DNA of 64,000 nucleotides from Octopus vulgaris. Taxonomy: Eukaryota. The position numbers and the translations under genes are program-made. The stretch is taken from contig OX597814.1 in assembly GCA_951406725.2 (NCBI GenBank), forward strand, positions 118,482,001 to 118,546,000. The letters are read 5' to 3'. Below, in pieces: positions 39,085 to 53,179 of the stretch; the stretch's first letter is position 1; the number at the start of each line of letters is the position of its first letter. The notes below the pieces were generated by a model. It saw only the letters and a program-made list of their open reading frames with translations, did not search any database and was not told the DNA's origin.

Positions 39085-39295
39085 ATAGTTAATCCAAACA
39101 TGAACAAAAAGAAAACACAACAAGGCGAGGACGTGGAACTAATATAGTGTTATTGGACGCTCAGGAAAAGAAAGAAAGAAGGAGCATTTAACGTTTCTAG
39201 CGGAGATTTTCGTGAGAAATATAGAAAAAGGAAAGGTCCAAGGAAGGGAAGACGGAGGAAGAAAGTCGCCAACGATATACTTGCGGTGTCATATT
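39085..39295 (-). mobile_element. PLE pseudo-LTR-like fragment with decayed hammerhead motif (39187-39219)
   Basis: The minus strand reads TTT CTCACGA A AATC TCC GCTA GAAA CG TT AAA. Layout is similar to 26578-26755 and it sits next to (TA)n. Confidence 0.5.
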
Positions 39296-40379
39296 GAACA
39301 TTATTACAATTAACAATATCATGCACGAAAATTTGTCAACATAACATCATCCAGGTAATACAAATTTATGAAATGCTAACTGAAAAACTCAAAATATTTA
39401 GCTATTAAAAAAGCACTAACAAAAAGAAACGCCAAACCAAATTTTGCTTTAGACTTTCATTCTTTCCAGGAAGAGCCACGTTATTGAATAACTAATTTTG
39501 TTTATAAAAATAAAATATAAAAAAAAAATTTTTTTGATACTTTTTGACAATTCGTAATATACATAAAAAAATCGAACGTAGACAACGAGTATATACCTAC
39601 AAAAATTGATGACGTGACCGGGTGTCTAAATAACAAAAACAGCCGACAAGTATTCTACGTTAAGCTTAACTGTAGAATAAAACTACATATAATAATTCTA
39701 CGTAATGCTTAATAGAAACTTATATACTTTACGTCGCAATAAATAATTACATATCTATTTATTTAATATAATAAACCCTTCTAGAGGAATTAATGCTATT
39801 TAACAATAACTGAATAATGAGAATACTGAATAACATATACCATCATCGAACATCTTGCCGGGTAAATAACACATAAAAATTAGAGATAAACCAACTAAAT
39901 AGCTATTTATTCATTTTAATACCTCTTATGTAGGAATTAACCTTATTATATCGTAATTGAAAAAGTAATATAATTAAGAATAAGATATACAATTATTGAT
40001 GACTATGCTAGATTACTAAAGAAAAAATGCTTTAAGATAATTAATACTTATTTATTCTGATATGATACCATTTTACAAGAATTATGGTTATTTTATAATG
40101 ATCGTAAAATTACTATAAATGATATATACCATTCTTGATGACCTCGGTGGATAATCAAAAGAATAAAAATTATAGATAAGAATTCTCCGGTGCACTTCAT
40201 CGTTCATCGTAATAATAAATAACAAATATCTTACTCATTATATTAGCCATATTAATTGAAAATAACCTTCTTATATAATAATTAATTCAAATATTATTAT
40301 AATTAATAATTGAAATAATTAAATGTCTTTCTAAATTTATGGCAACACCTTCAAGTTTAGTGCCCATTAGAATTCATTA

Positions 40380-41960
40380 GAATACTTCGAGGCAAAGATC
40401 ACAGGTAGAATTACCAACATTATACGATGGTGCATAATTAATTATAAAACCACTTTCATAGACTACCAGTACTAGACACAGAACTCTGGCTAGAAACTGT
40501 GAATAATAAAACCCAAATCCTTCATTCGTACCATGCCAAACCTATGGCCTCAAAATACTTGATCCTCCGGAACTCAGCCATTGCGGACAATGCCAAATTC
40601 AATATTTTGATGGCAGACCTCATCAGAATAATGAGAAACGTGTTACGCATGTGCGAACCTACAGAGTTAAAGAGACGCATACAATATTTCATTCACCGCA
40701 TGCAGTTCTCAGGTTACATCCATAAAGAAAGGATCAGAGTATACAAAGGAGCCATGAAGAAATTTGATAATATATTATGTAATGATAGGAATGGGATTTG
40801 CCCACTCTATAGGAACAAGTCATGGAACACTATAGAAAGGACAAAAAAGAAAATAGGGAAGGCCAACTCTTGGTATGATATCCATACATACCAGAGTGTC
40901 ATGTTCCTTGACACCACCCCTGGAGGTGAACTGGCGTACCGTTTTAGAAGGACCCTAGACAAACTTAAGCTAATGATTAAGGTTGTTGAAAAGCCAGGCA
41001 ACCCTATCAAATCTATAATTGGTAGAACCTACCCTTTTAGTAGAACCCCCTGTACGGATAAGTACTGTACTGTATGTAGATTTAGCCCACAAACAAACTG
41101 TAAAGCCAGAAATGTAGTCTATAGTATAAGATGTATAGAGGGACGATGCAGTAATAAGACAACGACATACGTAGGGGAAACGGCAAGAAGCATAGGAGAG
41201 CGGGTAAATGTACATTGGACAGAACTTAAGGAAGGTAAAAGCTCATCAATTCTGTACCAACACGCCGAACAGGAACACGGGGGATCAATCAACATCATAG
41301 AAATTAAAATATTGTCCACACATAGAACAGATGCAACAATCAGACAAATTACAGAAGCTAAACACATAATAGAAGATAAACCTAGCCTGAATAGGAAACT
41401 GGAATGGAACACAAGCACACACCACAACATATGACGGTAGAGGATCCCCATAAACTGGTTACAATATAAACAAAACCAAAAACATAATAAATAAAATACA
41501 CAGATAAATAAACAAATAGAAATAGATAACTATATAGGTTTTTAAAAAATTTTTTATTTAATTATTTTTTTATTTAAAATATTTTAAAAAGAATATTATT
41601 ATTTTTATTATTATTACCAGTATTGTTGATATACATACATACATAGAAGCATACGTAATGATAATAATAATAAGTGGATGTAAACACATGAACAAAATAA
41701 GAATAAACAAAACAACAACAACAAAAACAAATTACATGAATATATATAAACAGAAGATACAAATATTACAGGCATCCCCCCACACATACACTAAATAAAC
41801 ATTAACGCACATAGAGATATAAGCATGCGCAAATGAAAACATACAATAGAAATACAAAATGGCTGACGGTTAGTAAAGGGAGACACAAATAAGAAAGAAG
41901 AAAACAAAGGACCACTGATGCGGTCACAGGAGTGTGACGAAAGAACTCTGTGGGAACAGG
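40380..41960 (+). mobile_element. 5'-truncated Penelope-like retroelement with 3' hammerhead motif (41912-41953)
   Basis: RT thumb to GIY-YIG ORF, followed by an AT-rich 3' region ending in CCA CTGATGC GGTCAC AGGAGT GTGAC GAAA GAACTC TG TGG. Confidence 0.9.
40499..41434 (+). pseudogene. C-terminal part of PLE polyprotein (RT thumb, Cys linker, GIY-YIG endonuclease)
   Basis: LPVLDTELW upstream, KPMASKYLI..NSA, C-x4-C-x2-C-x7-C linker, NVVYSIRC...YVGETARSIGERVNVH, RQITEA..I...P.LNRK.EW. The RT catalytic core is missing. Confidence 0.9.
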
Positions 41961-42550
41961 AGACTAGAAAACATTATTATTATTATTTATTTACCATCAC
42001 AGGTACTTCATTGTGCATGTGGGCAAAATTTATATGATATCTCATATTAGAAACTCTGCTTACAGTGCACCAAGCAGTATTTATTCAAATAGTCAAGTCA
42101 TAAATATTTCATTGTCTGAAGAACTTTATGGGAGATATCTTACCAATTTATCCTACCCATGCCATTTTGTAAATCCTATTACCGAAATAAATGTAATAGT
42201 AAATAAATAATACCAAAGACATTTTCCAATCCACCCTTCGGACATGTATTAGTATATATATTATATATATGTATATATATGTATATATTTTCTATTATGT
42301 TTCTGATGAATATATATGGCTGAATTATTAAATCAAGCTTTTGTAAGGAAGGTGGTTTTTATGTAATCGCCTAAATAACGCTTCTAAATGACAACTTTGA
42401 GACGCAAAGAAAGATTATAATGTATTTCGGTGTAACCTTGCAAAGAATACAGCAGAAGGTTAAAGATGATATCTTTAAACATAATTGATAGCAGCTTAGG
42501 TCATGCTTCAACACATACACATACACACACTCAGACACACAAGCACACAC

Positions 42551-42614
<64 letters not shown>

Positions 42615-44149
42615 ACATGTGTGTATCTCTGTTCCATATGACGAATATAAATACAAAAGAAGCGAAGGCGAGGTGAAAAATCAAATTAGTTGTTTGAGAA
42701 TAATGTTCAGGGAAATTGGAAGAAGACTTTAACATTTCGAACCCAGGCACTTCTACAGAATACTGATACGCTTGTTCTTTTCTGTTTGATTTTCTTTTCC
42801 GTCTTAATCTATCTTTTCCACAGAAGAGCATAAGCACGAAACTAGAAAGACTTCTACTAATTTTCCTGATCGTCACCCCAATGCACCGAGATTGCTCAAT
42901 ATATTATTTCTCTTTTCCTTGTATGAGATTCTTTTATTCATTTCTTGTAACAATATATCACATATGCTCATATGGTCACTCCACTTTGATCCACCCTGAA
43001 AAATGTCCGCCTCTGTCGTCTTCATGTTGAGCCCCTTCTCTGATAACTGTCACCTCTCACCGACTAATTTACCACTGTACTCTAATTGGATTACCAACTG
43101 GAACTGCATTTGAACACCTTTACATTGATTAATAACATCGTAGATCTTACTAAGCGCTCTTGTTGACATACATACATACATACCATACGTATTTGACGTA
43201 GGAGATTATCTATCGAAAATACGATGAATTTTATCTCCCACTTCGGAACCATAACCAACAGCCTTGTTAAATAACGGGTTAATCTTCAGATAAATTGACT
43301 GAGGGAGACTTTTATCACGACCGTAGTGATTAACAACTGAAACTTGAATTTAGCATGCTACAAACAATTTAGTTACTACGAACAACAAGGCTGAACACAA
43401 CATCAACAACAGCTCAAGAAGTAAAAAGTTTCTTTGTAGCTGTGGAAGAAACGGTAAGTACAAAACTCATTTCTCTTGGAGAATAATGATCTGTTTACCT
43501 GCTATGAGATAGCGAAACGAAACTCAACTGTTGGCTATATGAGACGATTAGAATCATTGGGACGATCTGCATCCAGAATTAAATCATTTTACTGCGAAGC
43601 AACTACGCCAAAAGCCAACATTTGTAGAACATAGAAAGAAGGTTAATAACTGCAAATTTATTAATAAATCGAAAATTAATCTTCTTCCCAACTCTATAGA
43701 CCAAAACAGAAACGTGAATGATATAAGACAACCACGTGTTTTCGCGGTTAGGGACATTCCAATATATTCTATAGTGCCTGCCAGCCAGCCAAACTACATT
43801 ACTGGCTCAAGTAAGTGACCTCTGTCCCCTTACTACGACTATGGTATATAGCAGGCTCACCAAGATAGTTGCCACAACTTTTCCATACGAGTAACCAAAG
43901 TTGGCGGTGCTGGATTCGATTTTGTGCAGGGGGTGTGTCAGTATGGATGATGCTGTAGTCTATACGGGTTAAGTGCTGTGCTCGCTGAATTTGGGGATGG
44001 CAATGCTAATGCAGTATATCTGAATTGTTCGCTTCCAGTCGCATGAATTTTATTATCAGAACTTAACTCTGGTTGTAACAAAAAAATAATTCATTATTTC
44101 TTTTCATGGATATGCAGATTGATTCCTTGTAACCTCCTGTGGATGCGGA

Positions 44150-45050
44150 GTGCGTACTTGTGAACTCCGGGTGAATAGACATCCTGTCAGTCATACTCCT
44201 TATGAAATTAGAAAAGGCCTTCGTGTGGTCACGAATATAACGGTAAAATGGAAAAAAAGGACTATTACATATTTCATTTCACGAAAGAGTGTATATGCTG
44301 GAGTGTATATGCTGAACACTTGAGAGGCTGCATCTTCCAAATAGACAATTCTCAGTATTCTGGATGAAGCAACTTAGGTTGTGTATTGCATGTTGTGTAA
44401 ATCTGAGTTCACCTGTATTATTGTGTGCAATGTTAGAGACGATGATGTTTAAACAGTAGTAACTAACTTTGACGTTAGAGTAGTTAAAAAGTTTATAATA
44501 CATATGGGTTCTTGAGAACTGTTTCTTAATTTCCATCCAGACGCCCCTAATTATATTGCTTAAAACTTCTACGTTATAAGGAAAATAAACCCAAAATACA
44601 TTTCCCTTTCTGGTCGTCTTAGATTTCAGACTTGAGATGGGATAGCCTCCATATCTCTGAGTGAATCTACTTCTTGCTGCTCTCTTGTTACAATGGGAGT
44701 CAGTTTTGTATAAGATCTATCCACTAGTAGGTTAAAGGTTCTTATTATTAGACATGTAACCATGTTTTAAATTATAGCTTTTGGGTGGTTGGAGTTTCCT
44801 TCGTTGAGCTACCTTGAAGGGTAATATTTGCCTGCCTTTAGGTTTAGAATTTCGTCCAGGAAATCCATTTTTTTTTCAGAATTGGCGGTCGCCGTTACAA
44901 ATAGGCTGAATTCGTTGAAGAGATTATCAGATTTTTCTTGATCTAGTCCATGAAATAGCTGTTTATATGACCTGAGACTGACAGTCCGTCGTCCGGAATT
45001 GGAGCCGAAAAAATAGGGTATGGACACGAGATCAGCAATTTCAGCCTCCT
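44150..45050 (-). mobile_element. Degenerate PLE fragment (different family)
   Basis: MDFLDEILNLKAGKYYP, KQFSRTHMYYKLFNYSNVKVSYYC...IAHN, and a decayed GIY-YIG region (FYRYIRDHTKAF). Confidence 0.8.
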
Positions 45051-46571
45051 ATATACGTCGGACAATAGGTCACCTTCCGTCCTTACCAAATTGGTATCAT
45101 CGTGAACCAAGATTGACTGATTTCTATATTCAGGTCTCTGATATTTGCATATTACCTACCAAAATATAAAGCTCTCTGGAAGAGACATTTCGATATTAAA
45201 GAATAGAAATTTACGATATTCAACTGGTACAGAGTACATAGTGCTTTATTCTCAATGCCGAGAAATCAATTGATTATTGTGATTCTCCAAACTCATTGGA
45301 TCAATTCCACCCGCAGCCCTTCTGATATCGGAGTTGATAGTATTCGAATATGTACACTGATTGAGTTTATATCTCTCTACGTGTGTTAATCGACCTACAT
45401 TTATGATTAAAAAGTGCGTTGGGTTTATGCTCCTTCAACGTGGTATTAAAGTGCGACATAACGTTGCACGCATTCCTCTACATTTAGAAGAGTGGTCAGC
45501 ACTTTCACTTCTGAGTTTTAATATGTAGAGATGTTTTTCATGTACGTTACGGTGATTCGGTTTGTAATAAGTATTGAATACGTGGACGTATTTGTCTCCT
45601 TTGTTTCGTCGTCAAATAACTGCTACATTTTAGTCCTCAAATTGTTGAAAGAGTTTAGGATGCCAATATCTTACCTTCTTTACGATGTTCAATAACTTAG
45701 CCTAAAATTTCCCAAGGTGATTTATCTAGGGAGGACAATTTCGGCATTTAAAGCCGAACATTTCCGCAGTTGTGATGGTGGAGAGATTCTCATAGAAAGC
45801 ATTCCAACGCATACATTTGGCGACACTTTAATCTTTTCCCGATAAGGCGCAATAAATAACACTTCCTAGGTGATATTTGGAGTACAACAGCTTTTATCTC
45901 TCCATTATGAACTGTTTTCTGTCGTTTGCCGACGGAGAATTTGGAGCACGAATACGAATAAGTGAACAAAGGGAAGAAAGCTTCTCTCAACGCATTTGCT
46001 TGGAGTTACATGTAGTATTTGATTACAGCATGACTGAAAGCGAAATTAGTTATCATTGTTCTCATGTACACATACACTAACATGCTAATGTTTGGTGCAG
46101 CATTGCCGTATGTGGCTTTTCCAACCGAAAGGGTGTTGTCGTCTTTGTGTTACCTCTACATTAACACGTGATAATACACCACCCTTCTGTGTATAGCAAC
46201 ATACGCAACGAAGTGTTGTCTCTATGTAAACTATACAGAAGGCACCCGTCGTAACGGTATCAGCTGCCTACATGCGCCTGTCCAAATACGTGGACCTGGA
46301 AAGGAAGATAAACTGATGTATATTTCCAGACCACTAACATGTCGTGGCCTGAGAAGACTCATAACGGCCTAACATGCCTAACATCTAGGAGTTATATAGA
46401 ATTCACCTTATTCCCCCTTGATTTCCAAGTGCTTCAAAAGATAAGTTCGGTTCCTTGTACTAGTCTACGGAATTGTAAGTTGCATTGAGACAGAAACAAT
46501 CTGTTATAAGATAATACGTGTAAATAGCACCAAATATGCTGAGTACAACTTTCTTTCGTTTGTCCACTCGC

Positions 46572-46690
<119 letters not shown>

Positions 46691-49600
46691 GCACGAAAGG
46701 CCTTTCCAATCTAACACGTTATGTACTGTAAATTAGAAACAACTTACTCAACTTAAGACTACGTAGTATATACGACAGAGCAATGGATACTGCGGAATAG
46801 TGTTGTTCCTCTCCTTCCTAAAATCTCAATTGTTCTTGGATCTTAGATATAAATAAATATTCGTAATTCTATGCCATTTCTTATAGTAAACAATTAGACA
46901 ATTACACATTAGTTGACTATACAAACCTAAATGTAAAACTGTTTGGCTTCCATAATTTCAGTCAGTTTTGGCATATAACATTTAATTTTGATTTGTCGGT
47001 TTCATGTTACAAACTAGCACCTGGAAAGCCCATCGGTACATGTCTCCAGTGTTAATACACGTTCACCTTTCCGTTACGTGGTGGGTGTAAGTTTGTATTT
47101 TTATGTATGACTTTAAAAGAAGATATGTCTCTGAATCCCGTGTCATATCTTCCAGAGTGGTTTATATAAAATAGCTTCTCTTATCATTTTGTGAGATGCC
47201 TTGGATGCATTATCTATCCCCAAAGCCTCACATCTGCAGAAAATAATAAGCCTGCATATATTATGATCTTTCCCTTTCTCCTGTCGAAACACTTGCACAT
47301 CAGCATTTATGTATCAGTGAAAACAAGATCGATTACATTAAAACAATGGTACCACCTCCGTTTCAGACGTTCAGGAGTGGTTTCACACCGACAGATTCTC
47401 GCAGTTCTCAATTTCAAACAATGACTGAAATCTTGAATATCAATAAATAATCATTCTCAATCTTCAACCTGTCATGCGTTGAATCCTGCAAAAGCAAACA
47501 ATAAAACTACTGGAAAATATTAATTCAAAATTCTGGCGTCGACACTCCGCTTGCTGTAGCCAACTTAATGCTGAAAAATGATGTTTTGATGCCAGGCAAG
47601 AATTTATTAAAATGTATATTATATTCATATAATTTACACATTCTAAGCTTCATAAATTTTGATGATGTTACATGGCAACTGCAAATCAATAAAGTATCCA
47701 ATTTTACATCGCTTATTTAGCGCAGAAAATATTTCAATGCTGAGCAATGACCGACATTGTATAACATAAAGTGACCGAGTATTAGTTAAAGTAATACCCA
47801 CATAATTATAGTGCCAGCGCCGCTTCACAGACATACGTAGAATATTGCAACACAAATTAATTCTGTGTTTGTCAGACCGTGTTCTCTCTCCCATCTAACA
47901 TTTTGTATTTGTTGAAATCTCCATTTATCATTTTACTTCAGTGACGTACTAAACGCCATGCTAAAAAGTGTGAAAGAACGAAATATTGGCCTGCACAGCA
48001 CTCCATAGATCACACTTGTCAAATGAGAAAAAGAAATCTCATTTAGAGCAATAGGCAGACGTTTCCTTTTCATATGTTTAGAGGTATCGCCTTCCATTCA
48101 TTCATCTTCTGAATATTTTAATGGTTAAGAATGATCACTCATTTGTGAGCAACCCTGCGATCATTTCGAGAGCAAGATCTCCATCTTATATTTTTATTTT
48201 AAACCTTCCTTCATCAGTGAAAGTTTCTCACTATGATGTATAAAACACAAACAATAGGATGGATTACAATAACAACCTGAACAATTAACTAACTTTTTCT
48301 GGAAGTGGAAAATAACTTTTTACCACCAGAGAACGATTACAGAATTTACAATATTTATAAAATCTGATGTTCTTTGTACATTGCATTTGAATCAAGAGGA
48401 ATATATTGTGAGGTGACTCGGTAGAAAGGTAGGTACACTAGCGTTAGTGTGAATAGTGTGCAAGGTTTGCATTGACAATACACGAAAGAAACAGCAGATT
48501 GATGAGAAATAATTTATTTTCTATTATTGAAAGAAAAATTACAAAGAAATAACTCTTCTTTTGTTACAACGGCAATATCTGTTCTTTTGAACTATCAAAC
48601 GTGTAACCAAGATTTTCTCTCGTCCTCTCATTTCTTTTATTAAAATATTTCAAACTAAAACACTCGACCGAATTCATACTAAAAAGTATAACTCTAAGGG
48701 AACATTGCCCAGCTCGCACATTACTTCAAATGGTCAGCTTCATCAATATGACTCGTCGCTAATTTATACAAAAGGTTATATTAAATGTTATATGCCTTTG
48801 ACTATGGAGTATGTGACGAGAATTGAAACTGAAATCGCGTTTTAATATAAATAAGTGTGCTGGCATATTTAATATTAAGATTTTTGAATGCATCATTCAA
48901 ATAGGAAAAAAGTTAATTTGCGAGAAAAGTATAATCATAGGTTTATATCATCAACATTTTTTCCACAAACTACAGCTGCGTATTTATTTATTGATATTCT
49001 GAGATTTTAAGCATCGATAATTATACATAAACGTCCAAAATAAGCCTAATATAATGCTTCAACACAAATATATTGAAATTATGTAAATTGCGATGCAGAA
49101 ATATGCATATTTAAATGCAATATGGATGATTATCACATGTTAATTTTACCGCAGTAAGTTTACATTGTTGTTTTGATTTTTTCCAACTAACATACGAGAT
49201 AGAGGAATCAATGAACAAGAGAAACTGATCGTGCGGTAATCGATATTGTTAATTAAAATAAGATGTAAAAACAACATAATATATTCTATTGTTATTCTAA
49301 TTCGTAACAGCTTGCAACTTATGTTATTTAATACGTTTTCACTGACTTTGGAAAAAAGTATTTTCAAGTTTCCTGAACTAATGTATTTTGTATCTCCCGT
49401 ATTTAGAATTTTAACAGGGTGGGTAGAGGATGTGGCAGAGTGACTCTGGTAATATTGGGCATGAATTATTCAAGGTGAGTATATTTTCTACCACAAGAAA
49501 GAAACAAGCATCTGTGTGTTACAAGTTTTCTTTTTCTTTCAAGGTGTAGTAGAATGTGATGGACGTCAAGCAAATACAGCATACTAATTTGAGATAAACA

Positions 49601-50066
49601 TTCCAAACAAACGTATGTTCAAGAGATTGTAAAAAAAAAATCGATGTCAAATTTGAAGTGAAAAGAGCAAAATAAACGAATAGTGTTAGAATGAGATATC
49701 ATTTTCCAAGCAAAAAGATATTTCGAAGAATTTGTGATCAATAATAATAATGCTCATTGTCAGTTGATTAGTAACAATAGAACTACCATGCTACTGTATA
49801 TACAATTGATCAATATGTTTCTTCTGTAATTAATTCTTTTCAAACAGTAGTATTTATAATGATATCATGTGTTCATTGCAAATATACTAGGGAGAGGTTA
49901 GTATTATTTAAGTGTGTTTTAAATTTCTATGCTGAAAAATGTTACACAATTCATTATTCTGTATAGGCACCATGACAGTAGATGGATTAAATTTATCATT
50001 AATAATTTTAGATAAAAATATCACTTGAAATTACCGAGTGGGGAAAGTGAAGTATATATCATATAA

Positions 50067-50143
<77 letters not shown>

Positions 50144-50465
50144 AAGAGACAGTGTCTGTGTGTGTATTAGGTGTGATCAACAGAATTGAATATTGAGAAA
50201 AATGTCGTCAGAGTTTTTGGAAAAAAATCCTTTCATATCTATATTATTAGTAGTACTTTCGTTCCCCTGTAGAACTTGTCGAATACAATTTTGTGAATGT
50301 AAAAACAGCTTGTTCATTTACATGAAACATATTATTTCGGGAGGCTTTGTTTAGAAGAGAACATTGTTTTTAGGTGAGGTTCCGAGACAATGTAGATGGA
50401 GAGATAGAAATATAGGTAGGTAGATGGGCTGATAGATAGATAGATACATACATAATTAGATAGAC

Positions 50466-50518
<53 letters not shown>

Positions 50519-50519
<1 letters not shown>

Positions 50520-51037
50520 CATCATCATCATCGTTTAACGTTCGTTTTCCATGCTAGCATGGGTTGGACAGTTCAACTGGCGTCTAGGAAGCCAGAAGGC
50601 TGCGCTAGGCCCAGTCTGATCTGGCAGTGTTTCTACGGCTGGATACCCTCCCTAACGCCAACCACTCCGTGAGTATAGTGGGTGCTTTTTACGTGCCACT
50701 TGCACAGGTGCCAGACCAGGGTGGCAAACGGCCACGATCGGATGGTGCTTTTTACGTGCCACCGGCAAGGAGGCCAGATGGGGCTGGCAACGGCAACAAT
50801 TGGATGGTGCGTTTTACGTGCCACGGGCACGGAGGCCAGTCGGGGCGGCGCTGGCAACGGCCACGTTTGGATGGTACTCTTACGTGCCATCGGCACTGGT
50901 ATCACAGCTACAATTTCCATTGATGTTGATCGATTTCGATTTTGATTTTCACTTGCCTAAACAGGTTTTCACAAGTAGGGTTTGTGTCACAAGAAGGAAA
51001 GGTATGCATAAGTGGGCTGGCTATGTCCCAGGTAGAG

Positions 51038-51040
<3 letters not shown>
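50519..51040 (-). mobile_element. Retroposon 3' end (SINE or RTE-type 3' UTR) with (GAT)n tail and internal ~60-67-bp tandem repeats
   Basis: (CAT)n at 50519, conserved GGTTGGCGTTAGGGAGGGTATCC core on the minus strand, and GGTGCTTTTTACGTGCCAC four times. Confidence 0.7.
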
Positions 51041-51133
<93 letters not shown>

Positions 51134-51213
51134 CGTGTGTGTTTCTATGTATGTATGTATGTATGTATGTATATATATATATGTGTGTGGGTGTATGTAT
51201 GTATGTATACATA

Positions 51214-52637
51214 CAGTAGCGGCCAAAATGACCAGAACGGTTGAAAATATAACAAAATAATCAAAAATGACAGAGAATACTGGAATTATTTAATATTTAG
51301 TGTGAAGCCCTTTAGCTTCAATCACACTTTGACATCTTCGACTGCATGAGGAACTTAAATTTTCAATGTCTTTCTGGGTGATCTTATTCCATTCTTCCTG
51401 AAGGGCATTCCATAATTGCTCGGTTGTTTTAGGATTTCTGGCTTTCAAACGTTCTCCTAGAATATTCCACTCATTTTCAATAGGACTGAGGTCTAGTCTT
51501 TGAGCAGGCCAATCCATAATAATAACCTTTTCAGCCTTGAGGAAGTTCATGACCACCTTAGCCTTGTGACATGAGGCATTGTCCTGCATGAATATGGGTG
51601 GTCGCTTAGTTGAATTTCTCAGCACAGGCAAGGCATGATCTTTTACACATTGTTTATAAACTCCTGCATTTACCTCTCCATGTAATGGCACCAAAGGGAC
51701 CCACACCATCTCCAGATATCATCCCCCAAACCATGATACTTCCTTCACCGAATTCAACACTATTCTTAAGGCATTTATGCGACAATTTTTCACCTACTTT
51801 TCGACGAACGTACCTTTTCCCATCTGAGGCAAATAACATAAACTTAGATTCATCACTGAAATGCACCGTTTGCCATTTTTCTTGAGACCACAAAACATGT
51901 TCGGTTGCAAAGGTAAGATGACACTTTTTATTCTTGGAGCTGATCAGTGGCTTCACTGCAGGTGCTCTTGCTTATAGGCCATGTTCAACTAAACGACGAG
52001 ACAGTTTTTCGAGATAAAGTTTTCTTCAGTACAATGCTCATTTCCCGAGAAACAGCAGCAGCAGTTTTAAATCTGTCCTTCTTAATCAATTTTACCATAG
52101 CACGATCTTCTCTCTAGGTCGTTTTCTTGGCCTACCTGTAGACTTTCTTGCTTCACACAAACCACAACCATTATAGACCTTAAGAATACCGTGAACAACA
52201 CTTATTGACTTGTTAACAATTGTTGCAATAGACCAAATACTTAAATTATCATTCCTTCGAAGCTTAATAATCTGCTGACGAATTGGTAACGGAGTAAGTG
52301 GCATTATATTAACAAAGTACACTGCAGATATTCTTACTAATATTTAGAACCGTCACGTAAACAAATTCAAATCATTAGAGTTCGCCGGTTAAATATACTA
52401 AAACACAGAGTAAAAGCAACCGTTCTGATCATTTTGGCCGCCATGGGTTTTGCAGTAAATCACTAAATCATCCATAACTGTTGTGTCCTCCTCTCAAATC
52501 ACACCAAAATCTCTGACAATAACAAATGATATCGTATTTATTGTCTGTGAAAATTATAGAATATAAAACAACTTTGATAAAAACGTATACCTACATTTCT
52601 GACGAAAACAATGCCGTTCTGAACATTTTGGCAGCAA

Positions 52638-52640
<3 letters not shown>
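51214..52640 (-). mobile_element. Second Tc1 copy of the same family; transposase pseudogene 51290-52304; one TIR collapsed to a single direct repeat
   Basis: Highly similar to 14374-16000 with TA flanks. Motifs FSDESKF and QDNASCH-(34)-SPIE. The right TIR is long; the left end is ~30 bp. Confidence 0.96.
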
Positions 52641-52674
<34 letters not shown>

Positions 52675-52699
52675 GGTGTGTGTGATTGTGTATAGAAGA

Positions 52700-53133
52700 A
52701 TATATTAATAAAAAGAATTCCAACCTTGTCTGATTTTCACGTTTTATTTACAATCTTATAATGATATATTATAAGATAATATATTATAATTGAATAAAAT
52801 AAAATGAAATAGTAGAATGTTAAATATTCATTCTGATTGAACTAGTACTTTCATGCATTGAATTCTGCAATCTTCGGGTTCATGTAGTAGTGTTGACAGT
52901 CATGCTTCACAATTTTTGACTGTCAAAAATTGTGAAGCATGACTGTCAACACTACTACATGAACCCGAAGATTGCAGAATTCAATGCATGAAAGTACTAG
53001 TTCAATCAGAATGAATATTTAACATTCTACTATTTCATTTTATTTTATTCAATTATAATATATTATCTTATAATATATCATTATAAGATTGTAAATAAAA
53101 CGTGAAAATCAGACAAGGTTGGAATTCTTTTTA

Positions 53134-53142
<9 letters not shown>
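52700..53142. repeat. Perfect palindrome: two 221-bp arms, 1-nt spacer at 52921
   Basis: Centre reads ...CACAATTTTTGAC T GTCAAAAATTGTG...; no mismatch found by eye along the arms. Confidence 0.96.
52960..53004 (+). ncRNA. Minimal type I hammerhead-like motif (mirror copy on minus strand at 52838-52882)
   Basis: TGAAC CCGAAGA T TGCA GAATTCAA TGCA T GAAA GTAC TA GTTCA: 5-bp stem I, 4-bp stem II, palindromic stem III. U4 is replaced by C. Confidence 0.62.

Positions 53143-53179
<37 letters not shown>

Noticed and set aside
42302-42340. Other CTGATGA occurrences (20416, 40618 minus, 42303, 48212 minus)
   Set aside because: There is no correctly placed GAAA with pairing stems, so these are not hammerheads.
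47170-47510. Possible minus-strand exon after a TTTGCTTTTGCAG acceptor
   Set aside because: No convincing reading frame or donor; it cannot be supported without transcript data.
50680-50900. CRISPR-like repeat-spacer appearance (also 33698-34385)
   Set aside because: The spacers resemble each other, the context is a eukaryotic retroposon, and there are no cas genes.
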